Origin: Cylindrospermopsis raciborskii Cr2010
GTDB lineage: Bacteria; Cyanobacteriota; Cyanobacteriia; Cyanobacteriales; Nostocaceae
Direction of reading: 5' to 3'
Length of the DNA stretch: 32,000 nucleotides
Assembly: GCF_003367075.2 (NCBI RefSeq)
Contig: NZ_CP065936.1
Coordinates: 780,001-812,000 of the forward strand
In this document: one piece after another, positions 18,165 to 28,210 of the stretch
Layout: the number at the start of each line of letters is the position of its first letter
Numbering within the stretch: position 1 is the stretch's first letter
Program-made: the position numbers and the translations under genes
Notes under the pieces: model-generated
What the model was told of the DNA's origin: nothing
What the model saw: only the letters and a program-made list of their open reading frames with translations
The model's database searches: none

Positions 18165-20594
18165 ATGCCTAGATTATTTAATTTACAATCTTATTTTGAT
18201 GCTTGTGAGTATACTTTTTTAGTGAAGGAGGAATCTGATATAGTTCCTCAATCGAGTAGAGACTACAAATCGTTTCTGGATAAATATTCTAATTATCCTT
18301 ATTTAACTGCACCAATAGGTAATAATTTTCTTGCTTCTGAGTTAACTATTAATTCCCAGGAGTTAAATTTCCTATCTATGGGAACTGAACTAAGGGGAGG
18401 AGATAGGGAGCGTTTATTTATCATTAGTGATACTTTAGATTTAATGACCCTGAGTATGAGGTATGGTCTGGGATCTACGGACGGTTATTTATATAGCAGT
18501 GCTTATCATTATTGGAGTCACCGGGAAGCAATAGTTGAAAGACACCTATATAACCCCTCCCCCAAACCATTTAAACCACTAGTATTTATTGATTTCGATA
18601 GTTTTGATATTTCTAGTTTACTTCCAGTTACCTTTATACAACCAGAAAATAGTCCCTACCAAATTCCTATTCTTGATACTAGACATCAGATATCTTTACC
18701 TAGTGTATGCAATTCTCAAGCAACATATTTACGGGTATGTTATTCCATAGCTGAGTTTTTATTACAGCAGCAATTCCCTCAATTATCTACAAATCAGGAA
18801 AGCATTAACCACCTGGGTGATTATTTACGCAAGATTAATTTTTTCAGATTTGTTCAATCTCAAATTGCTCAAGAGTCTATAAGTTTGATTATCGAAGTAG
18901 ACCATGACCACCAAATTTTTTATAAACGAATCACTGTACTTACACTCGATATTGCTAATATTGTTTATCAGCAAATTCAACCGGATATTAACCTTGTCAA
19001 TCAACTTGCTATCCAGTATCCCCAATACCAGTTTGTCTTAATCAGTCAATATAACATTTTTGAGAAAATTTCCTACCTACATTTATCTAACTTTATTTGT
19101 TTCACACCTCAAATCCAAAGGTTTTCAGAGATATGGATCCAAAAAAATCAGCTAGGGTTTCCCTTGTTTGGAATTTATTTAGATCGAATTGAGTTCGCTA
19201 TAGCTATTGATAACCAGGAAGTATGGATTGAGTTATCTGATGAAAAAGATGCTATTTCTTATGAAGGTAAGCTTACAGTCTTAACAGGAAGAATAGCTAG
19301 TAGAGATCAAGACTTTGTGAGAATTCCCCGTGGTAGAAATAGTGCTAATTTACCAATTAGAGTCAATGGTTCTGATTACTCTATCAATGGTGTTCCCCAA
19401 GATTACAGAATTGATATTGAAAACTATCACAATCATCACAGCAACCAAAATGATCAAGAAGTCTTAGTACAAATTCTGTTTTATCTACAACCAGGATCTT
19501 TTCCTAGACTGGAAGTTAAAGACTTGCAAAACCAATATACTATTAAAACTAGTTTGGTCAACAGGGTTAATGTCTCTTATAGCTACATCCCCCCCTCCAG
19601 AATCAGTGAAAATCGTCAACAAAGATCTCTGTCTCAAATTAGACGTTTGAGCGCAAGTGTAGCTCTTGGAAATTTTATGAATTCTTTAAATCAAATCTCT
19701 CAAGTAAATGTCATTAATAGTCGAACTTACGAACAACTAAGTACAAGTTTCAGACAAGCTTATCAACACTTAGGACAGAAACCGAATCCTGATTTGCTAC
19801 AATTTATCGAGGTTTCATCCATTGAGGATGAGGAGATTGTTACAGGGTTGAAACGAAAATTAACAAATTCTCAATTTGACACAGTAATTGATTTTATGAT
19901 TACCACGACTAATCAATATCTAAGACAGAATAGACCTGTAATTTATCACCAGAAAAATTTGCTGATTAATGCAATAATTCTTACTGGTAAATTATATCAA
20001 TTCTCACAATTTATATGTTCACGAGATATGTCAGATAGTTTATTTTCTGACTCCCAGGTGAAATTAATTATTGACAATAGTGGAAGGGACAAAAAAGTGT
20101 CAAATGAGTATTTACAGTGTTTATCAAGAATTGCTGTAACTGAACAACTACAACAAAGATATTTTCAATTATTTGACTTACAATATACATCTGAAACAAG
20201 TCAATACTTGTGGGGGTATGGCAGAATTTTACTTTGGTATTATGATTTTAATAATCCTTCTAACACCTTATTAACTTCTCGTCTATACCTGGAACATTTT
20301 ACAAAAATTATCAACTATTTACTAACTAGACATTATAAAGATTTTGAGTTCCAATACAAACAGAATGCTTTTTTATCTCTTATTTACTTGCTAACTTTTT
20401 GCGCTTATGATGCAAATTTCTGCCGCCCAAATTCAGCAGAATTTCACCTAGCCTTGAGAGTTATTGACAAATTTCAAAATGATAGGATTATTTTGAAAAC
20501 AATTAGTTCTGAAAGACCATTAAATCACTATTTTCAGGAGTTGATTGAAGGACGTTCAACAGAAGATGGCATAGCTAATCTGCTTCAGGGTTAA
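18165..20594 (+). CDS. Large (809 aa) protein of unknown family, fifth gene of McrBC-like island
   Basis: Long uninterrupted ORF (MPRLFNLQSYFDACEYTFLVKEE...) co-directional with the four preceding genes; starts ATG. No catalytic motif recognised. Confidence 0.8.
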   Translation: MPRLFNLQSYFDACEYTFLVKEESDIVPQSSRDYKSFLDKYSNYPYLTAPIGNNFLASELTINSQELNFLSMGTELRGGDRERLFIISDTLDLMTLSMRYGLGSTDGYLYSSAYHYWSHREAIVERHLYNPSPKPFKPLVFIDFDSFDISSLLPVTFIQPENSPYQIPILDTRHQISLPSVCNSQATYLRVCYSIAEFLLQQQFPQLSTNQESINHLGDYLRKINFFRFVQSQIAQESISLIIEVDHDHQIFYKRITVLTLDIANIVYQQIQPDINLVNQLAIQYPQYQFVLISQYNIFEKISYLHLSNFICFTPQIQRFSEIWIQKNQLGFPLFGIYLDRIEFAIAIDNQEVWIELSDEKDAISYEGKLTVLTGRIASRDQDFVRIPRGRNSANLPIRVNGSDYSINGVPQDYRIDIENYHNHHSNQNDQEVLVQILFYLQPGSFPRLEVKDLQNQYTIKTSLVNRVNVSYSYIPPSRISENRQQRSLSQIRRLSASVALGNFMNSLNQISQVNVINSRTYEQLSTSFRQAYQHLGQKPNPDLLQFIEVSSIEDEEIVTGLKRKLTNSQFDTVIDFMITTTNQYLRQNRPVIYHQKNLLINAIILTGKLYQFSQFICSRDMSDSLFSDSQVKLIIDNSGRDKKVSNEYLQCLSRIAVTEQLQQRYFQLFDLQYTSETSQYLWGYGRILLWYYDFNNPSNTLLTSRLYLEHFTKIINYLLTRHYKDFEFQYKQNAFLSLIYLLTFCAYDANFCRPNSAEFHLALRVIDKFQNDRIILKTISSERPLNHYFQELIEGRSTEDGIANLLQG

Positions 20595-20605
20595 ATTCTC
20601 CTCTC

Positions 20606-20662
20606 AATTATTTGTAGGATGGGTTAAACCCATGCGGGCGTTGGGTTTCATACTTCAACCTA
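20606..20662 (-). repeat. Double-hairpin dispersed repeat, copy 2 (inverted relative to copy 1)
   Basis: AATTATTTGTAGGATGGGTTAAACCCATGCGGGCGTTGGGTTTCATACTTCAACCTA is the reverse complement of copy 1 apart from a 5-nt (GGGTT) deletion. Confidence 0.88.
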
Positions 20663-20670
20663 CATTCATA

Positions 20671-20700
20671 TTCATCTTATAGCTGTAGCTATAAGATGAA
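20671..20700. terminator. Perfect 14-bp palindrome between convergent genes; possible bidirectional terminator or palindromic element
   Basis: TTCATCTTATAGCT-GT-AGCTATAAGATGAA, between gene 5 (+) and sodB (-). Confidence 0.45.
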
Positions 20701-20743
20701 CGCTTAAAAGCTCGAACTTTTTATTATTAATGTCTTATCAGAC

Positions 20744-21340
20744 TTAGCCTAAATTTGCAGCAGCAAATTCCCAGTTGGCTAAATTGTCCAAGAAGTTCTT
20801 GATGAATGCTGGACGCGCATTTCTAAAATCTATATAGTAAGCGTGTTCCCATACATCAATGGTTAAGAGTGGCTTTTTACCGTGTACTAAAGGGTTTTCG
20901 GCATTAGGTGTTTTGATTACCTTGAGTGTACCACCATCATCAACTAACCAAGCCCAACCACTGCCGAATTGAGTTGCTGCTGCTGTGGAAAATTCTTCTT
21001 TGAATTTGTCAAAGCTACCAAAGTCTTGACTAATTCTGTCTGCTAATACTCCGGTAGGGACACCGCCACCTGCAGGCTTAAGCGAATTCCAAAAGAAAGT
21101 ATGGTTCCAAACCTGTGCTGCATTGTTGAAAACCCCAGCTTTAGATGCATCTTTGAAGGAAATTTGAATTACTTCTTCAAGAGACTTATCCGCCAAATCT
21201 GTACCTTCAGTGAGCTTGTTTAGGTTATCCACGTATGCTTTGTGATGCTTACCATAATGGTATTCAAAGGTTTCAGCTTTCATGCCGTAACTTTCTAAAG
21301 CGTTAAAGTCGTATGGTAAAGGAAGCTGTGTAAATGCCAT
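20744..21340 (-). CDS. sodB: Superoxide dismutase [Fe]
   Basis: MAFTQLPLPYDFNALESYGMKAETFEYHYGKHHKAYVDNLNKL...AAQVWNHTFFWNSL...TIDVWEHAYYIDFRN. Confidence 0.95.
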   Translation of the reverse strand: MAFTQLPLPYDFNALESYGMKAETFEYHYGKHHKAYVDNLNKLTEGTDLADKSLEEVIQISFKDASKAGVFNNAAQVWNHTFFWNSLKPAGGGVPTGVLADRISQDFGSFDKFKEEFSTAAATQFGSGWAWLVDDGGTLKVIKTPNAENPLVHGKKPLLTIDVWEHAYYIDFRNARPAFIKNFLDNLANWEFAAANLG

Positions 21341-21945
21341 TTTTTCAAATCCTCTCTTTATGGTTTTCCCGCGTGAGCTATTGTCCCACCTTGGCTAGAG
21401 AAATCCCAAGCTGTGTGGCCACTCGCACCAACTATAACAGAAATTATCAAAAAATACAATAACAATACAGGGTTGTAGAGAGTGAACACCAAATTTAATA
21501 AATTTGAAAGGATTCATGGAGTATTGACAAGTGTGGCATAGGATGTATAAGATATACACCATAAGGTGAATTAATGAAATGTAACGCAGTTTATCGATTG
21601 GATTGTAAACAGGCGATTGTGAAGCACTTGCACTCGCGTGCAGGATGCTATTAGTCCAGGTATAGGTCACTGTAGTCATAATTACTCACATGAGTATTAG
21701 TAAAACAATTATAGATGGAACGACTGAAAAGATGATCGCCTTTGTTTCAATATTTAAAACTGAAGATCTACCCTAGGATAGATGCGGAGATAAATTTTGA
21801 TGTATTATAGTGCTTTTGTTTACATTTTATGTAAGGGTTTTGTCTAAGGCTATAATTCCTTCCACTAGCTGAGAATACCTTGACTCTTTTACCTAAAAAG
21901 TACCAAGAAACAACATGTATTACCATTAAAAAAGGAAATGTTATT

Positions 21946-22482
21946 GTGAGAGTCTTGTTAATTTCTACCTTCCTTCTTTCCATAGGGATATTTAATCCAG
22001 CACTTGGTGGTTATAATTATGAGTTTGAGTATGATAGATTTAGTGATTCTAAGAAAGCTACTTTCCAGGCAAATATTGGCAGCGAGTGTAAATTACTTGT
22101 TTCTAAAAAGGGAGAACTGAGATATTGTAGTTTTTCCTACGAGGATCCAAACGAAGGAGGAGTTTACCCAGTGATAGCTGTAGGTACAAGCTCGGATGAT
22201 TGGGATATCACCGACAACGGAAAACCAACATTTTTAGATGATATAAATACCATAATTACCTATAATGATAACACAACATCCAGATTGAAATTGAAGGCTT
22301 CCACCCTAGGACAAGAGATAACTCAGTATAGCATTTTTGCCGAGGTGGTCATGGTTCATCTTGGTCAAATTTTAGATGAGTTAACTAACATTAGGCAAAT
22401 CGAATTTAAATATGGTTCAAATGAGTATTTATTCATTATTGACCAAAAATTACTAAAAAAGACACTGAACTTTGAAAAGTAG
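21946..22482 (+). CDS. Putative secreted protein of unknown function
   Basis: GTG at 21946 gives (V)RVLLISTFLLSIGIFNPALGGYNYEFEY..., signal-peptide-like N-terminus. ORF track start is TTG at 21880. Confidence 0.55.
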   Translation: MRVLLISTFLLSIGIFNPALGGYNYEFEYDRFSDSKKATFQANIGSECKLLVSKKGELRYCSFSYEDPNEGGVYPVIAVGTSSDDWDITDNGKPTFLDDINTIITYNDNTTSRLKLKASTLGQEITQYSIFAEVVMVHLGQILDELTNIRQIEFKYGSNEYLFIIDQKLLKKTLNFEK

Positions 22483-22513
22483 ATCTTCCTTCTCATATTA
22501 GTGAGCCAAAAGT

Positions 22514-22960
22514 ATGTGTCAATTTCTCATCAACGCTTTTCTTCTTCCGACGAACTTGATGATTTCAAATGTTGCGGAATACTGTTCTCCTAGTGAGTAC
22601 GTAAAAAACCAGGAGATGCAAGGTAAAATCAGCTCCGGACAGATTATCAGTCAATTGATAGCTCAAAATAAAAAAACCAGAATCAGATTTGCTAAGGGTA
22701 GTCTTTGTGGTTTTTATTCTGGAAATATCAGTCAAGGTAAAGAATTTGTACTTAAACTGGCGGGTGGACAACTATTTACAAGTAAGAATACAGGACAGGG
22801 GTCTATTCATCATATATACGTAATTGGACCAAAAGGACGCATTACGCCAAGGAGAGAAGCCACGAATACTCTTAGTTACTACATTCCCGTTTCCGGGGAC
22901 TATAGTGTCTATCTTAGGTCAGTGAATTCCTATAGTAATGTGGAGTTTTGTGCTTATTAG
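22514..22960 (+). CDS. Hypothetical small protein (possibly exported, PPC-like beta fold)
   Basis: 148 aa; C-terminal TNTLSYYIPVSGDYSVYLRSVNSYSNVEFCAY resembles pre-peptidase C-terminal-like domains. Confidence 0.5.
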   Translation: MCQFLINAFLLPTNLMISNVAEYCSPSEYVKNQEMQGKISSGQIISQLIAQNKKTRIRFAKGSLCGFYSGNISQGKEFVLKLAGGQLFTSKNTGQGSIHHIYVIGPKGRITPRREATNTLSYYIPVSGDYSVYLRSVNSYSNVEFCAY

Positions 22961-23092
22961 AAATGTATGCTTACTTGACAAAAGTATCTTACTATAAATA
23001 AAGTAAGGGTAGATTGTCCGTAAAAGAGGTGAGGGTTTATGCAATAATTTTTTTCTATTAATACTCGTTGATACTAAAAAGGAGAGTCTAGC

Positions 23093-24397
23093 TTGGGTAA
23101 AATTGCACAAAAATCAACTAACTACCGAGTTAAGCGAGCAAAAAATAATAGCGTAACCGATGCCAAGTATTTAATACTTATCCTACTAAATAGTATAGTG
23201 GTGGGAGCAATTACCGGTTGGTTTTTCATGACTATTAAACCAGTCAAAAAATTCCCTACTACGCTACCAACTGGTCAAATTAGGAAAGAGGATTCATTGT
23301 TAAAATCCTCAATCAATTCACCACCGGTTAATTCTCCTACTCCAGCGCAATTAACCACACCCCCCATTTCTAATGGATTTAGTAGTTCTCCATTGCCAGA
23401 CAACACATTAGCTCCTAAAGATGTTAATCTTATCAATGGACTAGAAGGGTTAGAAGGTACAATAGAAAAGTTAAAAAATATTAAGGAAATACAAGATCCT
23501 GAACAGGGATTAGAACTCACAACCAAGCTAATAAATGATTTGAGAAAGTCTGAAAGATTAATAGAAACAGCCAAAAAGAACTATCCTGAATCATCAATTA
23601 ATCAACATTTAGATACTATCAAAACTTACCAGGAAATGGTTATTAAATGGCAGTACTATTTTCTGAGCAAACGGCAATTATCAAATCAGGTCATTCAATC
23701 CAATCAACCATTTAAACCGAATAAAAAAAGATCATTTATTAACCTTTCTCTTCAAAATAAAACCAATTTTCTTGGAGCTGTAAAAACAAAATTTATTTCT
23801 TTGACATTTGATGATGGGCCAACCCTGGAGTACACGCCAAAAATTGTTGCTATATTGCAAAAACATCAAGTAAAAGCAACTTTTTTTGTGGTCGGTAAAA
23901 GAGTAGCAAAAAACTGTGAAATTCTGAAAATGATTTATCAAAATGGTCATGAAATTGCGAATCATAGCTATACTCATCCAGTATTTACCCAAATTTCCCA
24001 ACCACAACAACGTAAAGAAATTATTGATACTCAAGAAAGTATAAACAAGTGTTTGGGTTTAGAATATCCTACTCAATGGTTCCGTGCTCCCTATGGACAT
24101 CAAAATGCACAGGTAGTAGAAACTATTGCGCAATTAGGGTTAAATAATGCCCAGTGGGTTGTTGACACTAATGATTGGCGAAAAACTAGTACAGTCGCCT
24201 CCATTAGCGATTCAGTAATTAAGGTCAAAAAACCGGGTGTGGTTTTAATGCATGATGGTTTTATGACTAATCCTAACCGAATTCATCCCCAAGAAAGCTC
24301 TAGTCGTCAAAACACAGTTGATGCTCTAGAACAAATAATTGTCAAACTAAAGAGTAGGGGATTTGAATTCGCTACTCTTAGTGAAACTATCAAGTAA
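23093..24397 (+). CDS. Polysaccharide deacetylase (NodB homology) family protein
   Basis: N-terminal TM (YLILILLNSIVVGAITGWFFM); KFISLTFDDGPTLEYTPKIVAILQKHQVKATFFVVG, HEIANHSYTHPVF, WFRAPYG, GVVLMHDG. TTG start. Confidence 0.9.
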   Translation: MGKIAQKSTNYRVKRAKNNSVTDAKYLILILLNSIVVGAITGWFFMTIKPVKKFPTTLPTGQIRKEDSLLKSSINSPPVNSPTPAQLTTPPISNGFSSSPLPDNTLAPKDVNLINGLEGLEGTIEKLKNIKEIQDPEQGLELTTKLINDLRKSERLIETAKKNYPESSINQHLDTIKTYQEMVIKWQYYFLSKRQLSNQVIQSNQPFKPNKKRSFINLSLQNKTNFLGAVKTKFISLTFDDGPTLEYTPKIVAILQKHQVKATFFVVGKRVAKNCEILKMIYQNGHEIANHSYTHPVFTQISQPQQRKEIIDTQESINKCLGLEYPTQWFRAPYGHQNAQVVETIAQLGLNNAQWVVDTNDWRKTSTVASISDSVIKVKKPGVVLMHDGFMTNPNRIHPQESSSRQNTVDALEQIIVKLKSRGFEFATLSETIK

Positions 24398-24424
24398 AAC
24401 ATTTAAAAAAGTCAGGAGTTGCAG

Positions 24425-25710
24425 ATGATTAGTTTACTCATTAACCGCTATGAAATTATAAATCCCCTAGGATCTGGAGGATTTGGAGAAACCTTCTTAG
24501 CTCGCGATACTCAAATGCCCTCACAACGTCTAGTTGTCATTAAACATCTCAAGCCCGCTCTTCAAAATAGTCATAGTTCTACTGAATTAATTGAAAACCT
24601 TTTTCAAAAAGAGGCAGCAGTATTAGAAGAGTTAGGAAACCATTGTTCTCAAATTCCTCAACTTTACAGCTATTTTTCAGAAGAGGGAGAGTTTTATCTA
24701 GTTCAAGAATATATAGAGGGCAAAAACTTGTCCCAGGTAGGACAAATTAAACCAGAACAGGCTACAGTCATTTTGTCTTCTTTGTTGAATACCCTGAAAT
24801 ATGTCCACAGCAAAAATATTATCCACAGGGATATTAAACCAGAAAATATTATTCTTCGAGATAGTGATAGACTACCTGTATTAATTGATTTTGGTGCTGT
24901 CAAGGAAACTATGGGCGTTGTTACCTTGGGGTCCGGTTCCACAGTTAGTTCAGTGGTAGTGGGAACCAGAGGATTTATGGCTCCCGAACAAACCGCAGGA
25001 AGACCTGTTTTTAGTACGGATTTATATGCCTTGGGGTTAACAATTATTTATGCTTTAACTCAAAAGCTACCCATCGAATTTAGCGTTAGTCAACTAACAG
25101 GAGAAATAGATTGGACAAGTTATGTGCCTAATTTAGATTCAAAGCTAGTACAAGTATTGAATAAGTCTATTAAGATAGATTTAGGGAGCAGATATTTGAC
25201 AGCGGAAGCAATGTATTCTGATTTACATACTTCCTCCGGCATACCACTGTCTACCGTACTAACACCCAAAAGTCAGGAAGATACACTAGTTGTATCACCA
25301 GGTGGCGAAAGTAAAAATCTGATTTCCAGTTTAACCAGTGTAGTATTTAATAAAGTAAAGTCCCAAAACAAGGACACAAAAGTTCCCGTTGACTACACCA
25401 GAGTCGCAGTAATTGTATTAAGTATTTTAGGCTTAGCAGGAGGTTTTTTTGTAACACAACAAATGTTGGAAGCACAGGAAAGGGCGGCGCAATTAGAAAG
25501 GGAAAAAAAGGAAGCAGAGGAGAAAAAAGAAATAGCAGAAAAAGAAAGACTACGAGCTCAACAAAAAGCACTAGAAGCAGAGAATCTCAGACAAACAGCA
25601 GAACAGGAAAGATTAGCAGTCGAGAAAAGACAAGCACAAGAAGAAAGGAGGCGATTAGCGGCTGAGTCGCGACAAGCCAGATTAGAACGCCGAAGACTAG
25701 CCGCAGAAAG
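24425..25710 (+). repeat. Long direct repeat, copy 1 (kinase + TM + coiled-coil coding region)
   Basis: Aligns without net indels to 26925-28210 (constant offset of 2500 bp at both ends) with only scattered substitutions. Confidence 0.93.
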
Positions 25711-25957
25711 AAGACTTTCAATAAATTCCTCTCAAACATCACAAACAGATGCGACAGTTGTAGGACAGCCAGGCTATAAAAATATCCGATCAGGCCCGGG
25801 AACCACTTACAAGGTACTAGGAACTGCAGATACTGGTGATCCGGTTAAAATTTTAGGCAGTAGTTATGATCAGGATAATTATCAATGGTATCAAGTCTAT
25901 CATCCTAACTCTGGTACAACTGGGTGGATTGCCGCTCAATTAATTAATCTTAATTAG
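24425..25957 (+). CDS. Serine/threonine protein kinase with TM, coiled coil and C-terminal SH3 domain
   Basis: YEIINPLGSGGFGETFLARD, HSKNIIHRDIKPENIIL, VLIDFGAVKE, GTRGFMAPEQ; TM VAVIVLSILGLAGGFFV; C-terminal SH3 GYKNIRSGPGTTYKVLGTADTGDPVKIL. Confidence 0.93.
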   Translation: MISLLINRYEIINPLGSGGFGETFLARDTQMPSQRLVVIKHLKPALQNSHSSTELIENLFQKEAAVLEELGNHCSQIPQLYSYFSEEGEFYLVQEYIEGKNLSQVGQIKPEQATVILSSLLNTLKYVHSKNIIHRDIKPENIILRDSDRLPVLIDFGAVKETMGVVTLGSGSTVSSVVVGTRGFMAPEQTAGRPVFSTDLYALGLTIIYALTQKLPIEFSVSQLTGEIDWTSYVPNLDSKLVQVLNKSIKIDLGSRYLTAEAMYSDLHTSSGIPLSTVLTPKSQEDTLVVSPGGESKNLISSLTSVVFNKVKSQNKDTKVPVDYTRVAVIVLSILGLAGGFFVTQQMLEAQERAAQLEREKKEAEEKKEIAEKERLRAQQKALEAENLRQTAEQERLAVEKRQAQEERRRLAAESRQARLERRRLAAERRLSINSSQTSQTDATVVGQPGYKNIRSGPGTTYKVLGTADTGDPVKILGSSYDQDNYQWYQVYHPNSGTTGWIAAQLINLN

Positions 25958-25998
25958 CAGTGGGGTTAATAAATTTCAACTGACAACTAATAAATAAA

Positions 25999-26844
25999 AT
26001 GAAACTCTTTCTATCATTTCTATCATTCTTCAGACATTTTATCCCAACTATGATTCTTATCATCGGTGTGGGAATTTATATGTTGTTGCGACCTTCTGAT
26101 GTTCCAGTCCCCACTACGTTTACTAACTCTTCTCCCGGTTCTTCTAGTTATCAAATTTCTAATCCTCCCCCCCGCCAGGTCACTGAAAGTCTGACAAATA
26201 CCCCTCAATATTCCCTATCTCCTCCGGCTAGTCAAGTTGCAAATGATACTGATATTATACCTCAACCTCTTAGCAAATCTTTTGAACCTACTTTACCCAG
26301 TTCAAGATCTATTCAAAGTCAACCACCAGCTCACTTTCGTTATCCAGAAAATAAACAAAATTTAGTAGAAGTCGGAACCTATTATAACCGCACAGCTTAT
26401 TTGAATTTGGAGGCCGCAACAGCATTCAAAAAAATGAAACTTGCTGCCAACCAAGCAGGAATTAAACTTGCTCCTATATCTGGCTTTCGCTCATTTGTCG
26501 AACAGGAAAAACTGTTTCAAAAACAGATTGAACGTCGGGGTAGCGCGCAAGCAGCCCAACTACTGAGTGCGCCTCCGCGTTTTAGCGAACACCACACGGG
26601 CTATGCAATCGATATCAGTGATGATAGACATCCTGAAACTGACCTTAAATTCGCGTTTGAGTCTACTGAAGCCTATCGGTGGCTAGAAGTTAATGCCTCT
26701 CAATATGGATTTGAACTATCATTTCCAAGAAACAATTTTCAGGGAGTTAGTCATGAACCTTGGCATTGGCGATTTGTTGGTTCCCTTACAGCTAAAGAAA
26801 TTTTTAAGGCAGCCAGGATACAACAAAACTCAAGAAAGTTCTAG
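25999..26844 (+). CDS. M15-family D-alanyl-D-alanine carboxypeptidase (VanY-like)
   Basis: LAPISGFRSFVEQEKLFQKQ, SEHHTGYAIDISD, EPWHWRFVG zinc-peptidase motifs; N-terminal TM. Confidence 0.9.
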   Translation: MKLFLSFLSFFRHFIPTMILIIGVGIYMLLRPSDVPVPTTFTNSSPGSSSYQISNPPPRQVTESLTNTPQYSLSPPASQVANDTDIIPQPLSKSFEPTLPSSRSIQSQPPAHFRYPENKQNLVEVGTYYNRTAYLNLEAATAFKKMKLAANQAGIKLAPISGFRSFVEQEKLFQKQIERRGSAQAAQLLSAPPRFSEHHTGYAIDISDDRHPETDLKFAFESTEAYRWLEVNASQYGFELSFPRNNFQGVSHEPWHWRFVGSLTAKEIFKAARIQQNSRKF

Positions 26845-26924
26845 TTCTCAAAATAAAGTTGAGTTCGCTTAGTGAACCTGTTGAATCTGTTAAGTAAACC
26901 ATATAAAAAATTAAGGATTTGCAC

Positions 26925-28210
26925 ATGAACAGCTTACTCATTAACCGCTATGAAATTATAAATCCTCTGGGATCTGGAGGATTTGGAGAAACCTTCTTGG
27001 CTCGTGATACTCAAATGCCCTCACAGCGTCTAGTTGTCATTAAACATCTCAAGCCCGCTCTTCAAAATAGTCATAGTTCTACAGAATTAATTGAAAACCT
27101 TTTTCAAAAAGAGGCAGCAGTATTAGAAGAGTTAGGAAACCATTGTTCTCAAATTCCTCAACTTTACAGCTATTTTTCAGAAGAGGGAGAGTTTTATCTG
27201 GTTCAAGAATATATAGAGGGCAAAAACTTGTCCCAGGTAGGACAAATTAAACCAGAACAGGCTACAGTCATTTTGTCTTCTTTGTTGAATACCCTGAAAT
27301 ATGTCCACAGCAAAAATATTATCCACAGGGATATTAAACCAGAAAACATTATTCTTCGAGATAGTGATAGACTACCTGTATTAATTGATTTTGGTGCTGT
27401 CAAGGAAACTATGGGCGCTGTTACCCTGGGGTCCGGTTCCACAGTTAGTTCAGTGGTAGTGGGAACCAGAGGATTTATGGCTCCCGAACAAACCGCAGGA
27501 AGACCTGTTTTTAGTACGGATTTATACGCCTTGGGGTTAACAATTATTTATGCTTTAACTCAAAAGCTACCCATCGAATTTAGTGTTAGTCAACTAACAG
27601 GAGAAATAGATTGGACAAGTTATGTGCCTAATCTAGATCCAAAGCTAGTACAAGTATTGAATAAGTCTATTAAGATGGATTTAGGGAGTAGATATCTGAC
27701 AGCGGAGGCAATGTATTCTGACTTACATACTTCCTCCGGCATACCACTGTCTACCGTACTAACACCCAAAAGTCAGGAAGATACACTAGTTGTATCACCA
27801 GGTGGCGAAAGTAAAAATTTGATTTCCAGTTTAACCAGTGTAGTATTTAATAAAGTAAAGTCCCAAAACAAGGACACAAAAGTTCCCGTTAACTACACCA
27901 GAGTTGCAGTAATTGCATTAAGTATTTTAGGCTTAGCAGGAGGTTTTTTTGTAACACAACAAATGTTGGAAGCACAGGAAAGGGCGGCGCAATTAGAAAG
28001 GGAAAAAAAGGAAGCAGAGGAGAAAAAAGAAATAGCAGAAAAAGAGAGGCTACAAGCTCAACAAAAAGCACTAGAAGCAGAGAATCTCAGACAAACAGCA
28101 GAACAGGAAAGATTAGCAGTCGAGAAAAGACAAGCACAAGAAGAGAGGAGACGATTAGCAGATGAATCACGACAAGCCAGATTAGAACGCCAAAGATTAG
28201 CGGCAGAAAG
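26925..28210 (+). repeat. Long direct repeat, copy 2
   Basis: See 24425-25710. Confidence 0.93.

Noticed and set aside
21395-21983. Minus-strand ORFs upstream of sodB (21395..21679, 21768..21983)
   Set aside because: Compositionally odd, no motif; second overlaps the start of the secreted-protein gene.
24703-27442. Paired minus-strand ORFs 24703..24942 and 27203..27442 that look conserved with each other
   Set aside because: Their similarity is explained by the 2500-bp-offset kinase duplication; they are antisense shadows.
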